DNA from: Eledone cirrhosa
Taxonomy: Eukaryota
Reading direction: 5' to 3'
Assembly (NCBI GenBank): GCA_964016885.1
Contig: OZ024742.1
Span: forward strand, 358,670,001-358,734,000
Length of the DNA: 64,000 nt
In this document: piece by piece, positions 53,440 through 64,000 of the stretch
Layout of the letters: each line of letters starts with the position of its first letter
Numbering within the stretch: the first letter of the stretch is position 1
Position numbers and translations under genes: made by a program
Notes under the pieces: generated by a model
Told to the model about the DNA's origin: nothing
What the model saw: only the letters and a program-made list of their open reading frames with translations
Databases searched by the model: none

Positions 53440-55380
53440 ACCGATGATGAGAAGTTTGGTTTCAAATCGAATAAATCACCACCCACTAACAGCCTACTTG
53501 AGCCATTTGAGAAAGACCTCTTCAAAATGATCAGAGATATAAAATTTCGTAGAGCCAACACACCATTCCAGGCCTATTTAACAGACAAAATGTGGAAAAT
53601 GAAAAGTTCCCCCAGTCTCCATGTCCCCTCTGATAAAATCGTATATGAGGTAAGCTGGCAAAAAATGCAGTCACGACCACTTACAAAAAGGTGAACAAGA
53701 TGGCTTTGACTAAGACCAATGTAGTTGGAAAAAAGAAAGCCAAGTCCGTTAAACTAGATGACCGTACTGACCCTTTAAGGGTAAAGACCGCGCACTTTAC
53801 CCTGAAGTACCACAAGGAAAACTTCCTTACCAAACCGTCAGTTAGACTGATCAAACCCACACATTAGGACATCGGCTCAATCAGCAAAAAAGATCCTTTA
53901 TAGAGTAATACCACCATTGCGTGCAGCCTCACCTCTCCCACTCTGGAGCAGAACCTCTGAGGCAATCTCTTGGTTCCAAGAATTTTCCGATGAACCTAAC
54001 ACCCTTTTTCTGCAACTGGATATAGAGGATTACTACGCTTCTATCTCAGAGCCTCTACTGAAGGATGCACTTGCAAGGAATTTACCACCATCATCGACGC
54101 TGAGCAAGGTGTGATCCTCCATGCCCGTAGGACTTTTTTACACTACGAGGGATTTTACTGGATTAACAAGAAGTCTGAGACCCCATTTGACGTCAGTATG
54201 GGAGTAAGTGACTCAGCTGAAGTTAGTGACTTGGTGGGTATGTACATCCTACAGTACATGAAGAACCTTTTCACAGGCCTGACCAGAGGATTATACCAAG
54301 ATGATGGCCTTTTTGCTTTGTACAAGGTAAACCCTAGAACCACTGATGGGTTTCGGAAAAAAACTTAAGCTCGTTCTTCCGTAATCTAGGATTAAGAATA
54401 ACCATAGAATCTAATACGACTAGGGCAAACTTTTTAGATGTCACTCTCGACTTAGATACTTCCCTCTATTACCCGTACTACAAACCTAACGAGTCCCTCA
54501 TATATATAAATGTTAACTCGAACCATCCAAAAAATATCACAGATAATTTAGTTAAAAGCGTTTCACTCAGAATCTCCGGTCTCTCGACCAATGAAGACAT
54601 CTTTAGCGCCTATGCCCCTTATTACAACGAGGTCCTCGCCCGCAGTGGCTTTAAAGAAAGGATTACTTATCTAGAAAACACCCCAAGACAACCTAGGAGA
54701 AATAGGCATAGGCAAATTGGTTGGGACAACCCAACCCCTTTCAACCAAGAGGTATTTACACCAATAGCTAGGAATTTCTTCAAATTGCTGAATAAACACT
54801 TCCCCACACAACATAGATACTACACTATCTTTAATAAGAATGCAATAAAACTCTTTTACCCCACTATACCTAACCTAGCAAGGAATATAGCCAATCTCAA
54901 CACTGCTAATTAAATAAGCCTACTACCTCCGAAACCCACCCTTGGACGGGAGCCTTGTGCAACTGCCACTATAAGGAAGCTTGTCCACTCGAAAATAAAT
55001 GCCTGACGAACGACATCGTATATAAATGTGATGTCGTCTCAGGCATTGATGACAACAACAAAAAAAACATATATCGGAATGACATCCAACAATTTTAAGA
55101 TCCGGTGGTGTGCCCATACCCACTCATTCAGAAGACCAGACAAATCCAATCAGACAACACTCGCTTCTTATGTCTAGGACCTCAAGAGGAACTCCACCAC
55201 TTTTACGCTCAAATGGAAATTACTCCAGAGAGCGCGCTCATATATGAGAGGCCACAACTGTTGTGACCTTTGTATTTCAGAGATCTATGAAATACTATTT
55301 GTCAAGGGCCCGGCACTGAAAGAACTCTCTGAACGCTGCCCGAATTGCATGCATAAAACTTTGCAGCATATAAATATTAG
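53440..55380 (+). mobile_element. Decayed Penelope-like element (RT plus C-terminal GIY-YIG endonuclease), frameshifted
   Basis: FGFKSNKSPP...FEKDL; LDIEDYYASI; FDVSMGVSDSAEVSDLVG; GLYQDDGL; NFLDVTLDL; YYKPN...SNHP; CNC...CPL...C; IVYKC...YIGMT...FKIRW...HSF; CDLCISE. Confidence 0.9.
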
Positions 55381-55618
55381 AAAACAGTTTTGCAACCAGA
55401 GGATATTTTAAAAAAAAACGTCACTCGAAGAAATATCCCTCCCTCTCCACCCACCCTACCCTCTACCCTCAACCTACTCGCTCTTTCGATCCGCCTCACA
55501 ATACTGAGATTATATAAGTACGTTTTACCTACTTTTCTACATGTGTAACGTATTTGAATGTGTGTGTATACATGTGTATGTATGCCTGTATGTACGTCTT
55601 TCTACGTATGCTTTTGCA

Positions 55619-55691
<73 letters not shown>

Positions 55692-55905
55692 ATATGTGTG
55701 TGTATATACATGTATGTATGTATATATGTATGTATATATATAGAGAAATAGCCGTAGAAACGTCTTGAGCTCTGCCGTCGGGGTCCTGAACATTTTCCTA
55801 TATATATATATATATTTGTATGTGTATGTGTGTATATATATGTGTGTGTGTATACATATGTGTGTGTGTACATATAAGAAAAAATGTTATATGTGTATGT
55901 ATATA

Positions 55906-56843
55906 TCTCTATATATAAAACAGAGGATGTCTGTGTAAATCCCTAAAACTCGAGAAGTACCCGACCGATGTTTTTCAAACTTTACACATGCGTTACTTAT
56001 ATTTCATGAAGTTCAATAGGCTAAAAAAACCTTTAACTTGTTCTGCCCGCATTAGGCGAAAAACCTCATTTTTTAGGCATTTTTAGGCTTTTTTGAGGCC
56101 TAACTTAAAGATAATCCAGCCGATTTCCGCGAAATTTGCAGCACACATTTTCGATTCCAGTAATGGTTTCTTGGAAATTTACGAATTAGTATTGGCCATT
56201 ACATGCCATTTTCATTTTCAATATAAATGCTACTTAAACATCGTAAGTAGCATATAATATTTCGTTAAAAATTTGGTTTATTTAACAGAGGACACAACAC
56301 TTTCTTTTAAGCAGGACCATTTTCAGGGGATTGAGAAAATGAAAAGGACCTTAAAATGTTTATCGGCACCCTGTTGACGCTTCGTGCTTTCGTCACGCGC
56401 AAGTCCGGGTCCTGTGTATGTTGCTGTGTTATTGACACCGTAAAACTAACGTCTGTGCCACTTCTACTAAGACCCCATTTGTTGCACCTACACTGCAGTA
56501 TGAATGACCTGCGCAAGTATGCCGAACAGCGGTTGTGCTAATTCCGTGGTGACCCCTTTGTTGCTGTGTAAACGCAGTGCAACCAGTGCCGCCCAGCATT
56601 CGTGCTAATTGCACTATGACCCCCTTCTGATGCACCTGCGTTGCCACACTGATTTCGTCATATCAATATCCCTACTTAAACGTACATCCCTACTTGGCTC
56701 TCACACAAATGACTACGTCGCTCCTTAATCATTCCCTGAGAATAAGGGAATTCAAAAAGTACACAGCTACATTCCTCAATCTTTGCATATGCGTGTTGCT
56801 ATTTCACGTTTCCTACCCCGTGCAACGCCGGGTCCAGCTGCTA

Positions 56844-56844
<1 letters not shown>
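55906..56844 (+). mobile_element. Non-autonomous Helitron (~940 bp)
   Basis: A|TCTCTATATATAAAA 5' end; 3' hairpin CCCGTGCAACGCCGGG (56817-56832) then CTAG|T; inserted at AT inside TA-rich repeats. Confidence 0.85.
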
Positions 56845-56913
<69 letters not shown>

Positions 56914-57121
56914 AAATCAAAAGATGGTTAAAAGAGTTCCATGTATTTTATTATGCGCATTTCAAAAACAAATATCATGATGGTATAATATTTGCGTTCT
57001 CATCAGATAAAATAGGGAGATATGATATGAAGCTTAAAAAACACTTACGAGCAGTGAAGTGTTAAATCAACATTGCTTTATTGTGCTACAATGCTTTATT
57101 TTGCTACAATAAAACTCACCT

Positions 57122-57175
<54 letters not shown>

Positions 57176-57384
57176 TATGTTTATATTCATATATATGTAT
57201 GTGTGTATATATGTGTATGTATGTATCTACATGTGTATATATATATATGTGTGTATTTATAGATATGTATGCATATGCACACATGTGGGTGTTTGTGTGT
57301 GTGTGTGTGTGTGTGTGTGATTGTAGACACCTGACCATTTTTTCAGACCTCACCATCCTTTAGCAGAGCATTTTAATATTGCCA

Positions 57385-57697
57385 CTCAATGAAAACCCAT
57401 TGTTTTCTTGGAATAAATAAACCTTGGAAATTAGGAGTGCCTGTCAGTATGTTTGTGTTTGTCTATAGGTACTTAGCATGAATGTACTATGCATTTTTCT
57501 CTAAATTTAGTTTTTTTAAAGAATCCCCTTTCTTTAAATCTATCAACCAATGACCCCCCCCCCCCCCCATCCCAATCACCACCCTGCCCTACCACCAGAA
57601 AAATGTGTAAATTCTACCAAATTAAATTGACAGTTAGCATTGCTGATGATTTCCTCTGAATAAGACACTTCTAGTCCTGCAGAAGCCATTTCTATAT
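57385..57697 (+). repeat. ~300-bp repeat, inverted partner of 53138-53435
   Basis: See partner; contains CTGATGA at ~57644. Confidence 0.85.
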
Positions 57698-57766
57698 TAA
57701 ATATTTATACTCTGCTATGTATTGAGTCCCTTACTTACTGTGGTTACCTACGATTGAACTCGGGAT

Positions 57767-57838
<72 letters not shown>

Positions 57839-57999
57839 CGATATGTGAATTCCTAACCTATTGATTTATACATACTCCATGAATTATTGGAACCTGTAAA
57901 ATACTCGTGGTTTATTATGATGCAAGACTCAATGATACGTGTTGAGAAAACTCTTTGGTAAGCTTCTTTTTCATTTATAGTTGCATTATAACTCCACAG

Positions 58000-58172
58000 T
58001 ATCGGTAGAGGGTCGGACGCCATGCTTTCCAGCACAGTTACGTCCCTTTACGATCTGAGTTCCAATCCCACCGAGGTTGACTTTGCCTTTCATCCTTACG
58101 GGGTCGATAAAATAAAGTACCAGTAATGCATTGGGTAATTGCTGGCCTTGTGCCTAAAGTAGAAACAATTAT
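58000..58172 (+). mobile_element. SINE with Meta-domain-like core
   Basis: GAGTTCCAATCC (B-box-like) followed by GTTGACTTTGCCTTTCATCCTTACGGGGTCGATAAAATAAAGTACCAG. Confidence 0.75.
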
Positions 58173-58344
58173 CACTCCACAAGTTTTATTTTACCAACGA
58201 AAATTGAAAACTACCTTATCTTCCTACATCTATATCTCTCTCTATATATATATGTCTGTCTCTCTGTCTGTCTGTTCCTTTGTCTGCCAGTCTGCCTCTA
58301 TGTCTGTCTGTCTATCTGGCTGTCTGCCTCTCTGTTTGTCAATC

Positions 58345-59412
58345 TGCCTGTCTGCCTGTCAGTATGTCTACCTGTCTATCTGTCTGTCTGCCTGTCAGTA
58401 TGTCTACCTGTCTATCTGTCTGTCTGCCTGTCAGTATGTCTACCTGTCTATCTGTCTGTCTACCTGTCAGTATGTCTACCTGTCTATCTGTCTGTCTGCC
58501 TGTCAGTATGTCTACCTGTCTATCTGTCTGTCTGCCTGTCAGTATGTCTACCTGTCTATCTGTCTGTCTGCCTGTCAGTATGTCTACCTGTCTATCTGTC
58601 TGTCTGCCTGTCAGTGTGTCTACCTGTCTATCTGTCTGTCTGCCTGTCAGTATGTCTACCTGTCTATCTGTCTGTCTACCTGTCAGTGTGTCTACCTGTC
58701 TATCTGTCTGTCTGCCTGTCAGTATGTCTACCTGTCTATCTGTCTGTCTACCTGTCAGTATGTCTACCTGTCTATCTGTCTGTCTACCTGTCAGTATGTC
58801 TACCTGTCTATCTGTCTGTCTGCCTGTCAGTATGTCTACCTGTCTATCTGTCTGTCTACCTGTCAGTATGTCTACCTGTCTATCTGTCTGTCTACCTGTC
58901 AGTATGTCTACCTGTCTATCTGTCTGTCTGCCTGTCAGTGTGTCTACCTGTCTATCTGTCTGTCTACCTGTCAGTGTGTCTACCTGTCCATCTGTCTGTC
59001 TACCTGTCAGTATGTCTACCTGTCTATCTGTCTGTCTACCTGTCAGTATGTCTACCTGTCTATCTGTCTGTCTACCTGTCAGTATGTCTACCTGTCTATC
59101 TGTCTGTCTACCTGTCAGTGTGTCTACCTGTCCATCTGTCTGTCTACCTGTCAGTATGTCTACCTGTCTATCTGTCTGTCTACCTGTCAGTATGTCTACC
59201 TGTCTATCTGTCTGTCTGCCTGTCAGTGTGTCTACCTGTCAATCTGTCTGTCTACCTGTCAGTGTGTCTACCTGTCCATCTGTCTGTCTACCTGTCAGTA
59301 TGTCTACCTGTCTATCTGTCTGTCTGCCTGTCAGTATGTCTACCTGTCTATCTGTCTGTCTACCTGTCAGTATGTCTACCTGTCTATCTGTCTGTCTACC
59401 TGTCTGTCTGTC
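58345..59412. repeat. 36-bp minisatellite (~29 copies) built from 4-nt TGTC-like units
   Basis: TGTCTGTCT(G/A)CCTGTCAGT(A/G)TGTCTACCTGTCTATC; degenerate TCTG lead-in from ~58250. Confidence 0.95.
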
Positions 59413-59592
59413 TCTCTGAGGATAGTAGACGTGTGTCATATCGCTCTGTGATTTGGATTTTTACCTGCTAATTTTGTGAGTGGATTTTTTTGAATTATTT
59501 TGTATAATTAACTGTAACCCCTAGTCTGGGACTCTAGACGTCGGGTAAATATATTTTCACCCCTTTTGGGGTGAAAAATAAATATTTGAGAA

Positions 59593-61344
59593 ATGTTTAT
59601 CGATATCGTTGATAACGATATCGTCGAAAACGATATCGCCATATTGGAAGCGAACGCCACGCCGACCAAAAAAACAAGCGGGAAAGAGGGAACAACAGTT
59701 CAAACTGTTGAACAACCCCTCCTCTCCAATGAAAAAAAGAATTTCAATTCAAATGAAAAAATTAATTTTCAAGAAAAAAATAACACCACAAATAAGGAAA
59801 CCAACAACATTACAACAACAAACAAAGACAAAATTTCTTTTGCCCAAACACTCAAGAGAGCCACGGAGTACAAAGCCATTGACATCACGAACGCCAAGGA
59901 AAATTTGCTAGAGGCTAGAAAATACGTATCTTTTGGGGTGGATGGTTCTTTTACGATCAACTCCCCAGAAGAAGTGCGTGAACAGATTTACAAGAATACC
60001 GTAAGCTTCAGAACCATAACCAACGAAACGAGAAAGCCAGCGCAATTGACCGAAAGTCAAATCGAGCTGGTTCTGAAAGAAATTAAAAATGACATACTCT
60101 TTATTCAAAGAGGAAAGCTGTATGCCAGCATTATGGTCCGAATGAAGGACGAAATGCTGGCTCAGAAATATTCGGTGGCACCTATAGTGTCACCACAATA
60201 CACCTTCTTCCCCACATATAAAGGAAGAAGAACACAAAGGATAAGAATGTGGAGCCCTACGCCAGAAATTAACATCTGGTCCGTCCTAACAGGATTTACC
60301 GACCTAGATAAGGACATACTAATTTCAGCAGGGGAGTCCACCAGTGGACTGTTCGGGGGAAAAAGTCTGGAGGTTCTCTTACAGATGACACCTGAGAGAA
60401 TCTCCGGAATACCCGACCGAGTGCTACTGGATGGGCGAACCTACATAAATATCACAGTGGAAGGCAGGAGACCCTCATGTTACCACTGCGCTGGCAGAGG
60501 TCACCTGAGGACGGCCTGCCCTCTACTAACAACTAAAAAACCACTGCTACAAACACCACAACAACAACAAAAACAACCAGCACCACCATCACAAAAACAA
60601 CAAAATACACTACCATCTCCACCAGAACAACAAAAACCAACAACACCACCACCACCACAACAACAACAACATCAACAACAGCTCAAGAAAACAACCCAAA
60701 ACACGGTCCCACCCAGCCCCACCCCACAGAACACAAATACAAAAACAGTTCATACACAACCCGGAGATATACCCCTCCCCTCCAATACGGAAGAGGAGCT
60801 CATATCGTCGGAAGACGAGGGGGCTCCCTTCCAAAAAGTGAAAAGAAAAAAACGTACACACACCACAACAACAAAAATAACCCCACCTGACAACACAACA
60901 CAGACAATAAAACGCAAACTCACTCAACAACAACAAGCAAAAACAAACACAACAACACAAAAACTCTACACATACATAAACAAAAACAATGAAAACCTAA
61001 CTTTAAAAATAGAAACCAACCCTTCGATACAAACCGAAGGGCCGAATTTCGTAACGGCAATGGGGCTCCCTAACCTGAAAATGGTGAAAATCCCACTTGA
61101 CATTTTTAAAACTTTAAAAGACATGTACCCTGAGGACGTGGGCCCACCCTGCACCAGGCCACTCAACCGCGTCCTCCTGAAAGGTTTTCCCCTCCCCTCC
61201 TCAAACACCCACACAACTCCAAAGATCCCAACCCCTCCACACACCAATACCCCCACACCACCACAAACCACCACCCCACCCATCAACCCCGCCACCAGCC
61301 CCATGGAAACTGAGCGACCCGAACCCCGGGACGCAGAGAGGTAA
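59593..61344 (+). CDS. LINE ORF1p (583 aa) with zinc knuckle and Pro/Gln/Thr-rich tail
   Basis: ITVEGRRPSCYHCAGRGHLRTACP (CX2CX4HX4C); SFAQTLK motif. Confidence 0.88.
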   Translation: MFIDIVDNDIVENDIAILEANATPTKKTSGKEGTTVQTVEQPLLSNEKKNFNSNEKINFQEKNNTTNKETNNITTTNKDKISFAQTLKRATEYKAIDITNAKENLLEARKYVSFGVDGSFTINSPEEVREQIYKNTVSFRTITNETRKPAQLTESQIELVLKEIKNDILFIQRGKLYASIMVRMKDEMLAQKYSVAPIVSPQYTFFPTYKGRRTQRIRMWSPTPEINIWSVLTGFTDLDKDILISAGESTSGLFGGKSLEVLLQMTPERISGIPDRVLLDGRTYINITVEGRRPSCYHCAGRGHLRTACPLLTTKKPLLQTPQQQQKQPAPPSQKQQNTLPSPPEQQKPTTPPPPQQQQHQQQLKKTTQNTVPPSPTPQNTNTKTVHTQPGDIPLPSNTEEELISSEDEGAPFQKVKRKKRTHTTTTKITPPDNTTQTIKRKLTQQQQAKTNTTTQKLYTYINKNNENLTLKIETNPSIQTEGPNFVTAMGLPNLKMVKIPLDIFKTLKDMYPEDVGPPCTRPLNRVLLKGFPLPSSNTHTTPKIPTPPHTNTPTPPQTTTPPINPATSPMETERPEPRDAER

Positions 61345-61367
61345 GTGCCTCTTTCTTTGCCACCAAC

Positions 61368-64000
61368 ATGGCTGTCTTAAGAGTGGGTTGTCTAAATGCG
61401 CGTGGCCTGGGCTCACCTTGGAAGCAAGCTAAACTTCTAAGTGACCTCGGGTCACAATGTGTAAATGTGATGGTTATTTGCGAGGCCCGGATCAGCAGCA
61501 TGCGACAGCTAACCCCCACCTTTGATGACTTTGAGATGCACGCATCTCTCTGTCAGCCCGGAGGTGGGGGTGGGGTTGTCGTTCTGCTGCAAAAACATCT
61601 GGGTCTCGCTACACAGACGGTACACTTGGACCCGGAGGGTCGACTCGTGGTTCTGGACCTTGGCAATGGCGAAGGCGAAGCTTTTAGGCTTGTCGCCGTA
61701 TACGCCCCTTTTGGGGCAATGCGGTCGGACTTCTTCCATCGTCTGGAGACTTTTCTAGGGACGTCCCGCTCCTTGCTTTTAGTGGGGGACTGGAATGGTA
61801 TCCTAGATGCACGTTGGGACTATGTAGGGGCATGTCCCGATAGAGGGGGGTGTAACAGCCTTAAGGGGTTAATCGGCCGATTCGACCTGGCCGATAGATA
61901 CCGACTAGATTTTCCGACTGTACCAACCTGGACCTGGTCAAATAACAGTGGTCAATCTAGATCGTACCTAGATAGGTTCTTAGTTAGAATTAAGGATAGG
62001 GACTTTTTAAGTTGTCCAGAAATGCTCATGGTGGGCTATTCAGACCACAAGTTAGTGACCTGCGTAGTCCACCTTGATAGAACGCATAGGCAGGGGCCCG
62101 GTTACTGGAAGCTCAACTTGTCCTTACCGGCAAGTAGAGCTTACAGGGACCGGATTAGAACCTTAGTTAAGGAGCAGTTGACGGGCGCCATCGTCAACAA
62201 CAGGTGGTGGGGCTCTCTAAAAAGAGAGATTAGAGTAGTTTCAATAGGAGTTAGTAAGGAGTTAGCCTCAGATAGAAATAGGAAGGAAAGGGAGTTGGTA
62301 GTTAATGTTGAAGAGGCAATGAGAAGCGGCAACGTGGCCAGAGTGCAAGCGTCGAGAACGGTCTTGAACCAGTTCTTCGACGCGAAACACGAAGGCTGCG
62401 TTGTCCGAAGCAAAATACGTGCTCTGGGAAACGAGGGGACCAAAGCTGTTAGCTGGGCCCGCGTGACAGAAGCGAAAAGTGGGATTAAATCCACTATCCG
62501 GTCTTTGCGAGACCAGGATGGACGGCTGATCCTTGAACCTAAGCAAATGTGCGAGGCCTTTCAAAGGCACTTTGCCGAATTGTTCGGGAGGGGCGGGGAG
62601 CCGGTTGGAGATGTGGATTTCGGTCCATACCTCGACGGCCTGCCGCGTCTTTCGGACAGGGAGGCGAGGTCCTGCGACGGGCCGATCTCAGCTGCTGAAA
62701 TAGGGGACGTGCTGAGCCTATGCGGCAAACGCAAATCTCCAGGACTCGATGGTCTGCCCTACGAACTATATATTAATATGCCGGACTTGTTCCCCGATCT
62801 CCTCGAGGCGGTCTACTGCAACTGGCAACAGAACGGGAGAATTCCCTGTTCTGTGACCAAGGGCGTAGTCTCGCTAGTGAGGAAGGACGAGAACAAGGGG
62901 GATGACATTAGTAATTTTAGGCCCATAACTCTGCTAAATGCAGAGTTAAAGATTTTGGCGAAGGTGTTAGCGAAGAGGTTGGCGCTTGTCGTGGGGGGAC
63001 TGGTGGGAGATGCGCAGACATGCGCTATCCCGTCCAGGTCCATCCACGACAACCTCCACCTCATGCGATACATCATAGAGAGGGTTGGGAACGAACCCGG
63101 CTTTGGTGGGGCCCTGATAAATTTAGATCAGTCTAAAGCGTTCGATAGAGTGGACCATGGTTACCTGGATGCGGTGCTAGCGGCGGCTGGGTTCGGACCC
63201 GTTTTCAGGGGCTGGATCACTGCCATGCACAGCAGCCGCATCTGCTCTAGAGTCAAGGTGAACGGCTACCTTTCGGAGCCGTTCGAAATCACCCGCTCCA
63301 TCCGACAGGGGTGCCCTCTCTCCTCCCTTCTGTATGTGTTGACTCTCGAGCCATTACTGCGGAAGTTGGAGTTGTTGCAGGGCATCCCTTTGGAACCGGG
63401 ATTGCGCAAAGCGGTGTCGGCCTACGCCGATGACGTAACAGTAATGGTGTCGACCGCCTCGGAAATCGAGGCAATCGGCACCTTACTAGAGGAGTACGAA
63501 AGGTTGACAGGGGCTAAGCTGAACCGGGACAAGTCAGTCGCTTTGCAACTCGGCGAGTGGAGGGGCAAAGCGATGTCGTGCGACGGTATCGTCGGACGGT
63601 GGACGGAGGGCCCGGTGAAGTTGCTTGGGGTCTGGTTCGGACCGGACCTCCAGGTGGAGAAAAACTGGGGTGAGGTGACGAATAGGGTGTTTGCACTGAC
63701 CCAGAAGTGGGCCGAGTGCAAACTATCCCTAAAAGGTCGGGCGGAGGTGGCGAATGCTTACATAGCGTCCGTCATCTATTACCGCTTGACTGTCGTGCCT
63801 TGCCCGGGTGAGATCCTCGCCAAAATGGAGCGCGCCCTCTTTTATTTCCTTTGGAAGAAGAGGTCTCCTCTGGTGAGGAGATCCATCTGCTGTCAACACC
63901 CTTTGAAAGGAGGGCTGGGGATGCCGTGGCTAAAAATGCGTAAACACGCATTGAGGCTAAGGCACCTCCACGTATTCCTCACCGGTCAACCGGTGTGGGC
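61368..64000 (+). CDS. LINE ORF2p (AP endonuclease plus reverse transcriptase), 3'-partial
   Basis: MAVLRVGCLNARGL, AVYAP, GDWN, SYLDRF, YSDHKLV, GPGYWKLN, KSPGLDGLP, FRPITLLN, DQSKAFDRVDH, RQGCPLS, YADD (63423, in frame); missing from the ORF track, consistent with no stop inside the window. Confidence 0.93.
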   Translation, partial: MAVLRVGCLNARGLGSPWKQAKLLSDLGSQCVNVMVICEARISSMRQLTPTFDDFEMHASLCQPGGGGGVVVLLQKHLGLATQTVHLDPEGRLVVLDLGNGEGEAFRLVAVYAPFGAMRSDFFHRLETFLGTSRSLLLVGDWNGILDARWDYVGACPDRGGCNSLKGLIGRFDLADRYRLDFPTVPTWTWSNNSGQSRSYLDRFLVRIKDRDFLSCPEMLMVGYSDHKLVTCVVHLDRTHRQGPGYWKLNLSLPASRAYRDRIRTLVKEQLTGAIVNNRWWGSLKREIRVVSIGVSKELASDRNRKERELVVNVEEAMRSGNVARVQASRTVLNQFFDAKHEGCVVRSKIRALGNEGTKAVSWARVTEAKSGIKSTIRSLRDQDGRLILEPKQMCEAFQRHFAELFGRGGEPVGDVDFGPYLDGLPRLSDREARSCDGPISAAEIGDVLSLCGKRKSPGLDGLPYELYINMPDLFPDLLEAVYCNWQQNGRIPCSVTKGVVSLVRKDENKGDDISNFRPITLLNAELKILAKVLAKRLALVVGGLVGDAQTCAIPSRSIHDNLHLMRYIIERVGNEPGFGGALINLDQSKAFDRVDHGYLDAVLAAAGFGPVFRGWITAMHSSRICSRVKVNGYLSEPFEITRSIRQGCPLSSLLYVLTLEPLLRKLELLQGIPLEPGLRKAVSAYADDVTVMVSTASEIEAIGTLLEEYERLTGAKLNRDKSVALQLGEWRGKAMSCDGIVGRWTEGPVKLLGVWFGPDLQVEKNWGEVTNRVFALTQKWAECKLSLKGRAEVANAYIASVIYYRLTVVPCPGEILAKMERALFYFLWKKRSPLVRRSICCQHPLKGGLGMPWLKMRKHALRLRHLHVFLTGQPVW

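Larger units (their letters stand above)
59418..64000 (+). mobile_element. Apparently intact Tx1/L1-clade LINE (5' UTR, ORF1, ORF2), cut by the window end
   Basis: Two-ORF layout with CCHC ORF1 and APE-RT ORF2; no disruption found. Confidence 0.9.

Noticed and set aside
53440-55380. Selenocysteine recoding in the Penelope ORF
   Set aside because: The disruptions are frameshifts and mixed stop codons, and the Cys motifs use normal TGY codons.
56307-56647. Helitron Pif1 helicase fragment
   Set aside because: Only a vague resemblance; diagnostic motifs (GLCNGTRL, FAMTINKSQG) are absent.
58126-59471. 441/379/285-aa Cys-rich repeat proteins
   Set aside because: A stop-free 36-bp minisatellite read in all three frames, with the longest ORF starting inside a SINE.

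Overview
Eukaryotic (animal) repeat-dominated window with no recognisable host gene. The (TA)n/(CA)n-rich background and the SINE/RTE types resemble a coleoid cephalopod (Octopus-like), which is an inference. Positions 1-38271 are one 52-bp satellite (~735 monomers, consensus CTGGTGGTGTTTACATGGTGTTACTTCTGTGGTAAACACCATTGGTAGCAGA). It switches strand abruptly at 18537-18538 with no spacer, and each arm has its own kb-scale higher-order repeats (HORs). The monomer has a 10-bp internal inverted repeat holding two Forkhead-type GTAAACA sites, followed by TGGTAGCAGA, the complement of the 3' end of animal initiator tRNA-Met. Positions 38.3-64 kb are a transposon mosaic: RTE, CR1-like and restriction-like-endonuclease (RLE) LINE fragments, two SINEs, a 5'-half Gypsy element (LTR, PBS, gag, -1 slippery site, protease), a decayed Penelope-like element, a non-autonomous Helitron, several fold-backs (one with hammerhead-like cores), a 36-bp minisatellite, and an apparently intact Tx1/L1-clade LINE running off the right end. 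Most ORFs in the supplied track are repeat artefacts. All family calls are from motif recognition by eye, with no database search.
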